A stretch of DNA of 64,000 bases, from assembly GCA_934176955.1 (NCBI GenBank), contig CAKPOS010000001.1, positions 28,310-92,309 of the forward strand, in the 5' to 3' direction. Below are positions 30,239-41,008 of the stretch, piece after piece. The stretch's first letter is position 1; each line of letters begins with the position of its first letter. This stretch comes from an uncultured Bacilli bacterium (GTDB lineage Bacteria; Bacillota_I; Bacilli_A; RF39; UBA660). Position numbers and translations under genes: made by a program. The notes under the pieces were generated by a model. The model saw nothing but the letters and a program-made list of their open reading frames with translations, ran no database searches and was not told where the DNA came from.

Positions 30239-31177
30239 ATGACTAAACAAATCAATTTTGAAAATAACTTATCCAATGTTATATCAATTTTTGAAGGCAA
30301 GTTGCATTATAATAGTGAATTTTCTAGAATATATTCATTTACTACTGAAAATATAGCAGGATATATAGATTATTTCGATTTAAATAACAAAAATTTATTA
30401 ACTATAGGTTCTTCTGGTGACCAAATATTAAATGCTTTTTATAACGGTGCTAGAGACATTACTTTATTTGACATAAACGAATATGCTAAGTATTATGTTT
30501 ATTTAAAAATTTCAGCAATATCATCATTATCATATCAAGAATTTATTTTATTTTTCTTTCGACATAATCATCATCCTTTTAAAAAAAATAAATATATGTT
30601 TTCTCAAGAAATATTTAATAAAATAAAAAATAATCTAAGACAGTTTGACTATGAATCTTATTTGTTTTTTGATGAATTATTTTCTTTATATTCACCCGAT
30701 AAAATAAGAGATGAATTATTTAACGATGATGAAGATAGAACAGTTGTAATAAAGGGAATGAATAAATATTTACAAGATGAGCAATCTTATAACAAAATTA
30801 AAGCAATAATAAAAAAAATACACTTTGAATATCAATGTGGTAATATTTTTGAAGATAACATTAATGGTAATTTTGATAACATATTTCTATCCAATTTATG
30901 TTCTATAACCAGTTTAGAAAACTTAAAAACACTATTACAAAAATTAGATAAAAATAATTTAAATAGTAAAGGTAGTGTTCTATTTGGATATCTATGGAAC
31001 ATATCTTTTAATAGTAAAAATTATCAAAATAATTGGAAAGATATCTATAAAATACCAATTGTAAAAGAATTTTTTAGAGATTACATTAGTCAATATTATC
31101 CTATTGCAGGGCCAAGAGATATTTTACGAAAAGAGGATACAAAAAGTGATTTAATTTTAGTATATAGAAAAAAATAG
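30239..31177 (+). CDS. hypothetical protein, weak resemblance to DUF3419/BtaA-like SAM-dependent fold
   Basis: LLTIGSSGDQILNAFYNGARDITLFDINEYAKYYVYLKISAI resembles the DUF3419 N-terminal block. Flanked by long AT-rich intergenic regions. Confidence 0.3.
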   Translation: MTKQINFENNLSNVISIFEGKLHYNSEFSRIYSFTTENIAGYIDYFDLNNKNLLTIGSSGDQILNAFYNGARDITLFDINEYAKYYVYLKISAISSLSYQEFILFFFRHNHHPFKKNKYMFSQEIFNKIKNNLRQFDYESYLFFDELFSLYSPDKIRDELFNDDEDRTVVIKGMNKYLQDEQSYNKIKAIIKKIHFEYQCGNIFEDNINGNFDNIFLSNLCSITSLENLKTLLQKLDKNNLNSKGSVLFGYLWNISFNSKNYQNNWKDIYKIPIVKEFFRDYISQYYPIAGPRDILRKEDTKSDLILVYRKK

Positions 31178-31411
31178 TAAGATTCTAAACCATTTTTAAA
31201 GATATTAAAAAATATAAAGATGAATTGTTTTAATCTAAACATATCAAAATATTTCATAAACTAAATCAAATTCATATAAAAAGCTAAATTATTTTTTCCC
31301 AATGTTGTTTTAATCTTTTATTTCCTAATATAGCTTCACAAACCTAGTGTTAATATTTTTAATTATTCCTTTTATCTATAAGTATTTTATTTTCATAATT
31401 AACCATAGGTA

Positions 31412-31440
31412 TTGACAAAAACAAGGATAAGTGTTATAAT
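31412..31440 (+). promoter_or_regulatory. consensus sigma-A promoter
   Basis: TTGACA-17 nt-TATAAT about 45 nt upstream of the 31484 gene. Confidence 0.55.
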
Positions 31441-31483
31441 TTTGATACTGGTTGATGAATAGCATATAAAGGGGGAGAAAAAA

Positions 31484-31903
31484 ATGAAAAATTCTTATGT
31501 GATTGAATATTTAAATGAAAATGAATTTAGAAAAAAAGAAAGAGCAGTAAAAAAATATAACATGCTAGCGTATAAAAAATTAATTTTTGAATTTTATCCT
31601 AACTTTAGAGATGGTAAATTTGATGGAGTAATTAATTCAAAAAATACAGGAGAAGGAATTATTAAATACGATTTAAAATTACCTACAGATCCTACGTTTG
31701 CCAAAGTTTATCATGATATTGTCCTACATTATACGGTTTATGAAAAGCAAAAAATAGTGATGCTAAATAATATTACTCCTGAGGATATTTTAATGGAAGG
31801 ACATCAAAAAGAACTTAATACATATAAAGGAGTACCTATTTCAAAATCTCATGCTGAAAAAGATATGTTCAAGATTAATTTATTAAATATGTTAGGAAAA
31901 TAA
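31484..31903 (+). CDS. hypothetical protein (139 aa)
   Basis: GGGGGAGAAA RBS and a strong promoter. No recognisable domain. Confidence 0.4.
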   Translation: MKNSYVIEYLNENEFRKKERAVKKYNMLAYKKLIFEFYPNFRDGKFDGVINSKNTGEGIIKYDLKLPTDPTFAKVYHDIVLHYTVYEKQKIVMLNNITPEDILMEGHQKELNTYKGVPISKSHAEKDMFKINLLNMLGK

Positions 31904-31943
31904 TTTATTGCTTATCTTTTTGTTGATTGAGTAGTAGAAAAGA

Positions 31944-32471
31944 GTGAATAGTTTGAATAACAGTTTAGATAATATTTTTAATGATCGTGGTTATTTGTTT
32001 ATCGTTGAAGATATCTTAAATAATCAATATTTTACTGAAATAAAAAGATGTAAACATCATGGGATGAATCGTCTTGATCATTCCCTTAGAGTTTCTTATT
32101 ATTCTTATTTGTTAGCAAAAAAATTAGGACTTAATGCTGTAGAGATTGCAAGAGGGGGATTATTACATGACTTTTTTGTTACAGAAGATTTAAGTGCTAG
32201 AAAGCAAAGATTTAGTATGTTCTTTCATCCTTATGTTTCATTAAAGAATGCTTCTTATTATTTTGATTTAACGGATAGGGAGAAAGATATTATTATCACT
32301 CATATGTTTCCTAGTTTACCACATAGGATTCCTAGATATATGGAAAGTTGGATTGTCAGTTTGGTTGATAAAATAGTTGCTACTTATGAATTTTACTGTT
32401 CTTATGGCAAGAATTATGTTTATAAATTATCTAATATGTATGTTATATTACTAATATTATTTAGGTGGTAG
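31944..32471 (+). CDS. HD-domain phosphohydrolase
   Basis: HHGMNRLDHSLRV...GGLLHDF gives the H..H...HD metal-binding motif. Confidence 0.6.
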   Translation: MNSLNNSLDNIFNDRGYLFIVEDILNNQYFTEIKRCKHHGMNRLDHSLRVSYYSYLLAKKLGLNAVEIARGGLLHDFFVTEDLSARKQRFSMFFHPYVSLKNASYYFDLTDREKDIIITHMFPSLPHRIPRYMESWIVSLVDKIVATYEFYCSYGKNYVYKLSNMYVILLILFRW

Positions 32472-32520
32472 AGTTAACTATTTTTTTAGTTAATTCTTTT
32501 TTTATTAAGGAGGATTATGG

Positions 32521-33420
32521 ATGAAAGTTATTGTTATTACTGGTCCTACAGGAGTAGGAAAAACAAAATTATCAATTTCTATTGCCAAAAAATATCATGG
32601 AGAAATTATTAATGCTGATGCTATGCAAGTATATAAAGATTTAAATATAGGTACAGCAAAAATTACAGAAGAAGAAAAAGAAGGAGTTTTTCATCATTTA
32701 TTTGATATCAAGAATGTTTCGGAAGAATATTCAATTTATGATTATCAAAAAGATTGTCGAAAAAAAATAGAAGAAATTTTTCAAAGAGGACATGTCCCTA
32801 TTTTAGTTGGAGGAACAGGCTTATATATTAAATCTGCCCTTTATGACTATCATTTTTCTTCTCATGAACAAGAAAAAAGAGAAAAATATGAAGACAAATC
32901 TTTATCAGAGTTAAATCAAATTTTAAAAGAAATCGATCCAAAAGGTGCATCAAGTATTGATTGTTATAATAAAAGAAGAGTGATTAATGCTATTATTTAT
33001 TATCAAGAAAATGGAAAATCTATTGTAACTAACCAAACGAATCAACTTCTTTATGATAGTATCTTTATTGGCCTTACTACAAATCGAGAAAATTTATATC
33101 AAATCATTAACAAACGAGTAGATAAAATGATAGATAATGGTCTTATTGAAGAAGCAAAAAGTTTTTATGAAAAAAAGATTTTTTCTAAGCCTTTATTAGG
33201 AGGAATTGGTTATAAAGAGTTGTATTCTTATTTTGAAGGAAAAATTTCTGATGTGGAGGCAATTGATTTGATTAAAAGAAATTCTAGACGATATGCCAAG
33301 AGACAGTATACTTTTTTTAGAAATCAATTAGATATTCAGTGGTTTTCTACTAACTATGAAAACTTTTCAAAGACAGTAGAAGAAGTATCTTCTTATCTTA
33401 ATGATAGGATAGTAAAATAG
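32521..33420 (+). CDS. miaA: tRNA dimethylallyltransferase
   Basis: P-loop VIVITGPTGVGKT and the NADAMQVYKDLNIGTAKIT block. Confidence 0.9.
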   Translation: MKVIVITGPTGVGKTKLSISIAKKYHGEIINADAMQVYKDLNIGTAKITEEEKEGVFHHLFDIKNVSEEYSIYDYQKDCRKKIEEIFQRGHVPILVGGTGLYIKSALYDYHFSSHEQEKREKYEDKSLSELNQILKEIDPKGASSIDCYNKRRVINAIIYYQENGKSIVTNQTNQLLYDSIFIGLTTNRENLYQIINKRVDKMIDNGLIEEAKSFYEKKIFSKPLLGGIGYKELYSYFEGKISDVEAIDLIKRNSRRYAKRQYTFFRNQLDIQWFSTNYENFSKTVEEVSSYLNDRIVK

Positions 33421-33523
33421 TTATTTTTTTGTTATAATAGAGTTGATTTTTTACAAACTTAAAATACTTATTGAGATGGAAGTAAAATTTAAGTATTTTT
33501 GTAAATAAAGAAAAGAGGTTTTT

Positions 33524-34600
33524 ATGAAAAAGGTAGTTATTGGGATGAGTGGTGGCGTAGATAGTTCTGTTGCTGCTTTATTATTAAAAAAACAAGGTTA
33601 TGAAGTCATTGGTTTATTTATGCGAAACTGGGATAGTTCTATTAATAATGATTATTTAGGTAACCCTAATTTAGATCATTCTATTTGTCCTCAAGAAGAA
33701 GATTATAATGATGCTAAGGCTGTATGTGAAAAATTAGAAATTCCTTTACATCGTGTTGATTTTGTAAAAGAATATTGGGATTATGTTTTTACTTACTTCT
33801 TAGATGAATTAAAAAAGGGAAGAACGCCAAATCCTGATGTTATGTGTAATAAATATATTAAATTTGATTTATTTATCAAAGAAGCTTTGAAGTTGGGGGC
33901 TGATTATATTGCTACAGGACATTATGCTAGAATAAAAGATGGAAAGTTACTTAGAGCGGTAGATTTAAATAAAGATCAAACTTATTTTTTAGCTTATGTT
34001 AATCGTGAAAAATTCTCTAATGTATTATTCCCTATTGGAGATTTAGAAAAACCTATGGTAAGAAAAATAGCTGAAGAGAATGGATTGATTACTGCAAAAA
34101 AGAAGGACTCTACAGGAATATGTTTTATTGGAGAAAGAAACTTTACCCAGTTTTTAGAGAATTATTTACCTAATCAACCTGGAGATATTATTGATATTGA
34201 TACAAAAGAAAAGGTTGGAGAACATATTGGTTTAATGTATTATACCATTGGACAGAGAAGGGGACTTCATTTAGGAGGACATCATGAAAAAAGCTATGTT
34301 GCATTAAAAGATTTAGAACATAATATTTTATATGTTGCTAGTGGAAATGAAAATTGCTATTTATATTCTAATAAAGCAATTATTGAAGATTTTAACTTTT
34401 TAACAGATGATCGTCCCAAAAAATGTACATGTAAGTTTAGATATCGTTCTCATGATGTAGAAATTCAAGTTACTTATTTAGAAAATGGTGATTTAGAGTT
34501 ACATTATGACCAGGCAAAGGCTGTAACTCCAGGACAATTTTGTTGTTTATATCAAAATGATGTATGTTTAGGTGGGGGAATTATTAAAGAAGTATTTTAA
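33524..34600 (+). CDS. mnmA: tRNA-specific 2-thiouridylase MnmA
   Basis: PP-loop VVIGMSGGVDSSVAA and catalytic cysteines in conserved context. Confidence 0.9.
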   Translation: MKKVVIGMSGGVDSSVAALLLKKQGYEVIGLFMRNWDSSINNDYLGNPNLDHSICPQEEDYNDAKAVCEKLEIPLHRVDFVKEYWDYVFTYFLDELKKGRTPNPDVMCNKYIKFDLFIKEALKLGADYIATGHYARIKDGKLLRAVDLNKDQTYFLAYVNREKFSNVLFPIGDLEKPMVRKIAEENGLITAKKKDSTGICFIGERNFTQFLENYLPNQPGDIIDIDTKEKVGEHIGLMYYTIGQRRGLHLGGHHEKSYVALKDLEHNILYVASGNENCYLYSNKAIIEDFNFLTDDRPKKCTCKFRYRSHDVEIQVTYLENGDLELHYDQAKAVTPGQFCCLYQNDVCLGGGIIKEVF

Positions 34601-34667
34601 TTTTACTTGACATTTTACTTGACATAATCTGTAAACATGATAAAATAGAATTAGAGAGGGATGGAAT

Positions 34668-35450
34668 ATGAATACTGTTGATAAAATTAATTTAATTTTA
34701 AAAAAAACAAATATCTCTAAAGTTAATTTGGCAAAATATTTAGGCGTTTCTAGACAAATGGTATATAATTATTTAGATAGTGATGATTTAAATAAGATGC
34801 CTGCTGAAAAGTGTCAATTGTTGTTTAATTTATTAGAAGTAAGAAGCTGTGAAGATATTGTAAATAAAGAACTTACTGATGAATATTTACAATCTGTTTC
34901 TAATAAAGTTTTTAATTATAAAAAAATTCCTTCAAAGAAAGAAGAAGTGATTGAACTTTCTGGATTAAAGAAAGAAGAACAAGAAATTATATCTGATATT
35001 GTTTTTCTTTTAAAAGAAATGTTAAATGAAAATAAAACGAAAGAGAGTTATATTACTTTAAAGTATTTATATCATTTTATTCAGTCATTGGCAAATATGA
35101 AGGAAGCAAAATATATATTAGGATACATTGCCAAAAATAATGGTTATTTAAAATATAATGTGTATGATTTTAATGAAGAAAATCAATTTATTTTTGAAAG
35201 CATTATGTATTCTGCAATGACTTTATATACAAATGGTGGCGCTTCAAGAAGTAAGTTAGCCGAATCACATCGTAGATGGGAAGCAGAATTAGAGAGAAAA
35301 AATGAAGAGAAATTAAGTCGTACACAGGAATTGAATACTGCTAAAGTACAAGCACTAAGAGAACTTGGATATACAGAGATTAATGAAAGAAATGCTAGTG
35401 AAGTGTTTGATAAGATAGCAGAAATTCAATCTAGAAATGATAAGTATTAA
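34668..35450 (+). CDS. XRE-family helix-turn-helix protein with a long C-terminal extension
   Basis: HTH ISKVNLAKYLGVSRQMVYNY near the N-terminus. 260 aa. Sits immediately upstream of the cas locus. Confidence 0.55.
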   Translation: MNTVDKINLILKKTNISKVNLAKYLGVSRQMVYNYLDSDDLNKMPAEKCQLLFNLLEVRSCEDIVNKELTDEYLQSVSNKVFNYKKIPSKKEEVIELSGLKKEEQEIISDIVFLLKEMLNENKTKESYITLKYLYHFIQSLANMKEAKYILGYIAKNNGYLKYNVYDFNEENQFIFESIMYSAMTLYTNGGASRSKLAESHRRWEAELERKNEEKLSRTQELNTAKVQALRELGYTEINERNASEVFDKIAEIQSRNDKY

Positions 35451-36054
35451 ATCGTTAGGATGATATTATTCATGAATCTTATTTTCTTACCATTTAAAAT
35501 TTTATTTGCTATTATCTTTTTTCCTTTTAAGATTGTTTTTAAACTGCTTGGAATTCGATGATAACATTGAGCAAATACTGATTCTTCGAAATTCAGTAGA
35601 CCTAACAAAAAGTATTCGTTATAAATTAACTTAATATTTATTTGAATTTTTTTAAAAATGATTTAGTTTTTTTAAATTTTAAGAAATAAAATATGATAAA
35701 ATCATGTCTAAAATTTAGATGTGATTTTTTAAACTCACCGAATTTCAAAGAACCCAAATACTGAAAACCATATCTAATTTTTTAGGTGTGGTTTTTGATT
35801 CCTTTGTATTAAAAATTTATCATTATTTCTTTATTTTGATTTTAATAAATTTATTATCAGATAAAAATAATTAAGTATTTTAAATAAGAAATAATATAAT
35901 GTTTAGTTTTTTAATACAAAGTTCTCTTTTTTGTACAATCAAAATATTTTACGCGATCAATTTTAAATGAAGAGAAGACTTTTCGATAGAAATTTGGTAC
36001 AATGAATTTAGGTAGTAAAAATATAATAAATTAATTAAGAAAGTAGGAAAAATA

Positions 36055-39000
36055 GTGAAAAAAGAAAATTATATTTTAGGATTAGATATTGGAATATCGT
36101 CTGTAGGTTGGGGATTATTAGCTTTAGATGAGAAAAATCAACCTTATAAGATTATTGATGTAGGAAGTCGAATCTTTTCTCCTGGAGAAGTAGAAAAAAC
36201 AGGAGATAGCAGGGCTAAAGAAAGAAGAGAAAAAAGAGGAATTAGGAGAAATATTAGAAGAAAAGAATTTCGACTTGATCGGGTAAGAAATCTATTATAT
36301 GAAGAAGGCTATTTAAAGGGAAATGTAACTAGTAATATTGTTTCAATAAAAAATGAAGAATTATCATTGTTATTTAATCATATGATTTGTCAATATTATC
36401 TTAATAAGAATACTAATCCTTATCGTTTGAAAGTAGAAGCGTTAGATAGAAAGCTAACAAATGAAGAATTATCAATAATATTAGTACATTATGCAAAGAA
36501 GAGAGGATATAAATCTAATCGTGAAGAAGCATCGGAAAATGATTCTGGGAAGGTATTAAGCGCTATTAAAGAAAATGAGAAAATAATGAATGAACATCAT
36601 TATCGTACTATTTCTGAAATGTACATAAAAGATGAAAAATTTAAAAATAAAATCAAAAATAGTCCTGGAGATTATAAGATTTCTGTAACGAATGAAATGT
36701 ATTTAGAAGAAATCAACAAAGTACTCGACAGTCAAATAAAATTTGGAGTAATTACTGATACTTTTAAAGATAAATACTTAGAAATATATAATTCTAGAAG
36801 AAGTTATGCTAAAGGACCTGGAGGCAATTCTCCTTATGGTGGGGATTTAATTGAAAGAATGACTGGAAAATGTAATTTTGATGGGAATCTGAGGGCACCT
36901 AAAAGAGCTTTTTCTTCAGAATTATATGTTGCATTAACAAAGTTAGTTAATCTAAAGTATAAAATTAATGATGGAGAATATAAAAGATTATCTAAAGAAG
37001 AAATCAGTTATATGATAGAAAAAGCTAAAGAAAAGAAAACAACAACATATAAGGATTTGATAAAAGTAATTGGAGAGGAAAATATAGAATTTAAAGAGTT
37101 ATCTCTATCTAAAAAAGAATATGGGAAATTAATTGAAAATTTAAAGAAAAAATTAAATATTGGAAAAGATAAAAAAGTGATTATTCATGAATTATCTAAT
37201 GAAGAGAAAGAGATTTACAATCAATTATATCATAATCAATTATATGATAAAACGTTAATAGAATTAAAAGGTTATCATGTATTAAAAGATAGTATAATAA
37301 AAGCTTATAGTAAAGATATTTGGGAAAAGGTTAAAGATAATGTAGAATTATTAGATGAACTTGCATTATATTGTACAAATTATAAAGTTGATGAAGACAT
37401 ACTAAATAAAATTAAAGAATCAGAAAATATAGATAATATATTTGAAGATATTCACTTTGTAGAATTGTTACCTAACTTTAAAGATCATTTAATGTTATCT
37501 ACAGAATTAATAAGAAAATTAATTCCTATTATGCTTGAAGGTAGTACATATGATAAGGCTATGGAAGAAATTGGATACAATCATTCTGATATAAACGGTG
37601 ATAAGGAAAAGAAAGATTTGTTAGTCCCTGTATGCGTTGATAGTAATATTACTAACCAAAGAGTAATTCGTTCTCTTACTCAAACTAGAAAAGTAATTAA
37701 TTCAATTATTAAAAAGTATGGAACTCCTAAAATTATTAATATAGAAACAGCTAGAGAACTTGCTAAAACTAGACAAGAAAGAAATGAAATAGCAAAAAAC
37801 AATGTAGAAAAGCAAGCTGAAAATGATAAAATTAAAAACCAATTAGTAGAATTAGGTTTATTTTCAAATCTTGATAAGATATCGAGTAATGACTTATTAA
37901 AGTATAAATTATGGAAAGAGCAAAATGAATTTTGTGGTTATAGCATGAAAAAAATATCGATTGAAGATTTATTTCAAAATAATATAGTTCAAATTGACCA
38001 CATATTACCTTATTCAAGAACTTATAATGATAGTTATTTTAACAAAACATTAGTATATACCAAAGAAAATCAAGAAAAAGGAAATAAGACACCATTTGAA
38101 TGGTTTGGTAAAACAGAAAAATGGGATGCATATGAAACATATATTAATCATTTGATGATATCTCAAAAGAAAAAAGATAATTATTTATTAAAGAAATTAG
38201 ATTTTGAGATGGAAAGAGAAATGAGAAATCAGAATCTTAATGATACTAAATATATTAGTAGAGAGTTATCTTCTTTAATTAAAGCATATTTAAATGTTGA
38301 AAAAGTAAATATGTATCCAGGTGCTATTACTTCTAAATTAAGAGCAAGATGGGGATTTAATCGACTTACTCATAGTTATTTATCAAAAACTTATAGATTA
38401 CCGGATGAGATGAAAAAAGATATTAATAAAGATAGAGATAATCATCTACATCATGCAATGGATGCTTTAGTAATCGCTTCTATAACACCATCATTACAAC
38501 AAAAGATAACGTTATATGAGAAGTTTAGTAGATATATTGATGGATTAACTGAATTACAAATTAAAAATATTCCATATATAAAGATAGATGATTCTGAAGG
38601 TCAATATTATAATGATAATACTGGTGAAATAGAAACTATTGATATAAAGGACTACATTAAAGAACAATTAGCAAATAATAATATATATTATAATAAGCAT
38701 AATATTAGTAAGTTAGAATTTCCACTTCCATATGAGGGATTTGATGAAGAAGCAAAGTTAAGAGTATACGAACAAGATTTAGACACTTTAAAATGGAATC
38801 TTCAATCATATAACACATACACAAAAAAAGATATAGAATCATTACATACATTAATACCATCTATTGCAAAATCTAAAATATCAGGTAAAATGCATGAAGA
38901 AACTTACTATGGAATAAAAGAATTTGGTAAAAATGAAGATAAAAAAGTATATAAGACTTTAAGGACACCTATTGAAAAGGTTAAAAGAAAAGACTTAGAA

Positions 39001-39690
39001 AATATTCCAGATAAATCGGGAGGTTCTAAAGAAATTTATGAAACTTTAGTAGAATGGTTTGGTGATTATGAAGTAGGAGAAGAAGTACTTAAAGCTAATG
39101 GAAATAAATATCCAGTATCTAAAAATGATAAAGAGCATAAAGAAATTAGAAAATTAAAATTATATAGTGAATATAAAAATACTGGCCACATGATTAATCA
39201 TAGTAATGTAGAAAAAGGTGGAATATATAGAGTTGATATATTTAAATCTAAAGATCAAGATGATGATAAATTATACTTTGCTGCTTATGATATATTGGAA
39301 ATAAAAAAAATTAATACATTAAGAGAAAAAAAGATGACAGATGATACCTTTACTATAAAATTAGATTATGGTCAAGGAAAAAATAATAGAATAATTTCGT
39401 ATACTGATATTGTAAATCATTATGATTTGTATCTTATTTTAAATAAAAATGATTTAATAAAAGTGATTACAAAGGATGGAAAAGAAAGCGTTGCTTATGT
39501 TGTTGGATGTTCTAGTGGAATGTTTGAAGTAAAAAGTAAATTAGGTGATGGATATGATATTATCGTTAATAGTTTTAATGAAAATAATATATTTAATAAG
39601 CAAAGAAAGCAATATGCAATAACTGTTTCTACAATTAAAAAAGTTAAAAAATTATCCATTAGTGTACTAGGAGAGATAAGTGGGTTATAG
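36055..39690 (+). CDS. cas9: type II CRISPR-associated endonuclease Cas9 (1211 aa)
   Basis: RuvC-I ILGLDIGISSVGWGLL, HNH block IDHILPYSRTYNDSYFNKTLVYTKENQEKGNKTPFEW, RuvC-III HHAMDALVIA. AGGAAAAATA RBS then GTG start. Confidence 0.92.
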   Translation: MKKENYILGLDIGISSVGWGLLALDEKNQPYKIIDVGSRIFSPGEVEKTGDSRAKERREKRGIRRNIRRKEFRLDRVRNLLYEEGYLKGNVTSNIVSIKNEELSLLFNHMICQYYLNKNTNPYRLKVEALDRKLTNEELSIILVHYAKKRGYKSNREEASENDSGKVLSAIKENEKIMNEHHYRTISEMYIKDEKFKNKIKNSPGDYKISVTNEMYLEEINKVLDSQIKFGVITDTFKDKYLEIYNSRRSYAKGPGGNSPYGGDLIERMTGKCNFDGNLRAPKRAFSSELYVALTKLVNLKYKINDGEYKRLSKEEISYMIEKAKEKKTTTYKDLIKVIGEENIEFKELSLSKKEYGKLIENLKKKLNIGKDKKVIIHELSNEEKEIYNQLYHNQLYDKTLIELKGYHVLKDSIIKAYSKDIWEKVKDNVELLDELALYCTNYKVDEDILNKIKESENIDNIFEDIHFVELLPNFKDHLMLSTELIRKLIPIMLEGSTYDKAMEEIGYNHSDINGDKEKKDLLVPVCVDSNITNQRVIRSLTQTRKVINSIIKKYGTPKIINIETARELAKTRQERNEIAKNNVEKQAENDKIKNQLVELGLFSNLDKISSNDLLKYKLWKEQNEFCGYSMKKISIEDLFQNNIVQIDHILPYSRTYNDSYFNKTLVYTKENQEKGNKTPFEWFGKTEKWDAYETYINHLMISQKKKDNYLLKKLDFEMEREMRNQNLNDTKYISRELSSLIKAYLNVEKVNMYPGAITSKLRARWGFNRLTHSYLSKTYRLPDEMKKDINKDRDNHLHHAMDALVIASITPSLQQKITLYEKFSRYIDGLTELQIKNIPYIKIDDSEGQYYNDNTGEIETIDIKDYIKEQLANNNIYYNKHNISKLEFPLPYEGFDEEAKLRVYEQDLDTLKWNLQSYNTYTKKDIESLHTLIPSIAKSKISGKMHEETYYGIKEFGKNEDKKVYKTLRTPIEKVKRKDLENIPDKSGGSKEIYETLVEWFGDYEVGEEVLKANGNKYPVSKNDKEHKEIRKLKLYSEYKNTGHMINHSNVEKGGIYRVDIFKSKDQDDDKLYFAAYDILEIKKINTLREKKMTDDTFTIKLDYGQGKNNRIISYTDIVNHYDLYLILNKNDLIKVITKDGKESVAYVVGCSSGMFEVKSKLGDGYDIIVNSFNENNIFNKQRKQYAITVSTIKKVKKLSISVLGEISGL

Positions 39691-40570
39691 GCAGGTTATT
39701 ATCAAAAAAAGTGAAAAATTACACTTTAAAGACAATCAATTAGTTATTGATAAAGAAGAAAATAGTACTAAAGTGCCTTTGGAAGATATAAGTTATATTT
39801 TAATTGAAGATTCAACAACTATTCTTACGACTAGATTACTTGCTGAATTAGGAAAAAATGCCATATCATTAATTGTATGTGATGAAAAATTTGAACCTAC
39901 GTCGATAATGTATCCCTATAATTATCATTTTAAACAATTAGATGTTTTTACCAATCAATTAGAAATTGATGATAGCATTAAAAATGAATTTTGGAATCAA
40001 ATAGTTAAGAGAAAAATTGAAAATAGTATTAGAGTATTGGAAATGACTTCCAAAGAAGAGTTTCCAATCTCTAAACTAAATGAATATATTAATGAAGTAA
40101 TAGATGGTGATTCAAAAAATAGGGAAGGATTAGCTGCAAAAATGTATTTTCGTAGTTTATTTGGAAGTGATTTTATAAGATTTTATGATGATAATATAAA
40201 TGCTGCTTTAAATTATGGATATACTATAATTGCAAGTGCTATTATCAGAAATTTAGCTGTATATGGACTAAATACTTATTTAGGAATTCATCATAGTTCT
40301 AAGATAAATAATTTTAATTTAGCATATGATTTTTTAGAACCATATCGATCTGTAGTTGATAAATTTATATATGATAATAAAGATGATATTGTATTACCAT
40401 TGTCTTTTGAATTTAGAAAGAAATTAATAAATTTACTAAATAAAGAAGTATTACACCAAAATAAAAAATATACTATTGAATATAGTATAGGATTATTAAT
40501 AAAAAGCTATATAAAATCTTTTTCTACTGGTGAAATAAAATTAGATTTACCTAGTATTATATATGAATAA
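39680..40570 (+). CDS. cas1: CRISPR-associated endonuclease Cas1 (type II)
   Basis: GYRQVIIKKSEKLHFKDNQLVI parallels type II Cas1 [22 protein letters not shown]. GTG start overlaps the cas9 stop by 11 nt. Confidence 0.85.
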   Translation: MGYRQVIIKKSEKLHFKDNQLVIDKEENSTKVPLEDISYILIEDSTTILTTRLLAELGKNAISLIVCDEKFEPTSIMYPYNYHFKQLDVFTNQLEIDDSIKNEFWNQIVKRKIENSIRVLEMTSKEEFPISKLNEYINEVIDGDSKNREGLAAKMYFRSLFGSDFIRFYDDNINAALNYGYTIIASAIIRNLAVYGLNTYLGIHHSSKINNFNLAYDFLEPYRSVVDKFIYDNKDDIVLPLSFEFRKKLINLLNKEVLHQNKKYTIEYSIGLLIKSYIKSFSTGEIKLDLPSIIYE

Positions 40571-40886
40571 TAGATTTATGAGAGTAATTGTAATGTTTGA
40601 TTTACCAGTAATTACAGAAAAAGAGAAAAAAATAGCTACTAAATTTAGAAAATATTTATTAGATGATGGTTTTGTCATGATGCAATATTCTGTTTATTCT
40701 AGAATCTGTAAAAATAATGACGATTTAAATAAGCATATAAAAAGATTAAAAATAAACGCTCCTAAAACTGGGAATATTCGACTACTTCAAATAACAGAAA
40801 ATCAATATAACAATATGATTATGTTTTCAGGTACAAAGTCGGTGGAAGAAGAAATTTCTATAGAAAATTTATTGATATTTGAATAA
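40563..40886 (+). CDS. cas2: CRISPR-associated endoribonuclease Cas2
   Basis: 107 aa, MRVIVMFDLPV...QYSVYSRI pattern. Overlaps the cas1 end by 8 nt. Confidence 0.8.
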   Translation: MNNRFMRVIVMFDLPVITEKEKKIATKFRKYLLDDGFVMMQYSVYSRICKNNDDLNKHIKRLKINAPKTGNIRLLQITENQYNNMIMFSGTKSVEEEISIENLLIFE

Positions 40887-40912
40887 AAAAAACAGGTATA
40901 AACCTGTTTTTT
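40887..40912. terminator. bidirectional intrinsic terminator shared by cas2 and the minus-strand tracrRNA
   Basis: AAAAAACAGGT-ATA-AACCTGTTTTTTT: perfect hairpin with an A-run on one side and a T-run on the other. Confidence 0.65.
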
Positions 40913-41001
40913 TGATCTTTAAGGTTAGATCAAACCTAAGGCATTATGCCTTATTACAGAAACCTGTAAACTTTTAGTAATGTATGTCCAATCTTTCAGG
41001 A
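40887..41001 (-). ncRNA. tracrRNA (about 115 nt) encoded antisense to the cas operon
   Basis: Minus-strand anti-repeat ACAUACAUUACUAAAAGUUUACAGGUUUCUGUAA is complementary, with a few mismatches and wobbles, to the array repeat. It is followed by UAAGGCAUAAUGCCUUA (nexus-like hairpin), a second hairpin, and the terminator. A TTGACT-17-TACAAT promoter sits just upstream. Confidence 0.65.
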
Positions 41002-41008
41002 CAATTTA

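Noticed and set aside
37832-38017. Antisense ORF within cas9
   Set aside because: Inside the Cas9 HNH-coding region on the opposite strand. Artefact.
40955-40990. Degenerate CRISPR repeat copy between cas2 and the csn2-like gene, which could be a stray or decayed array repeat
   Set aside because: It is an isolated copy. It is followed on the minus strand by a nexus-like hairpin, a stem-loop and a terminator, with a consensus promoter upstream. This is better explained as the tracrRNA anti-repeat.
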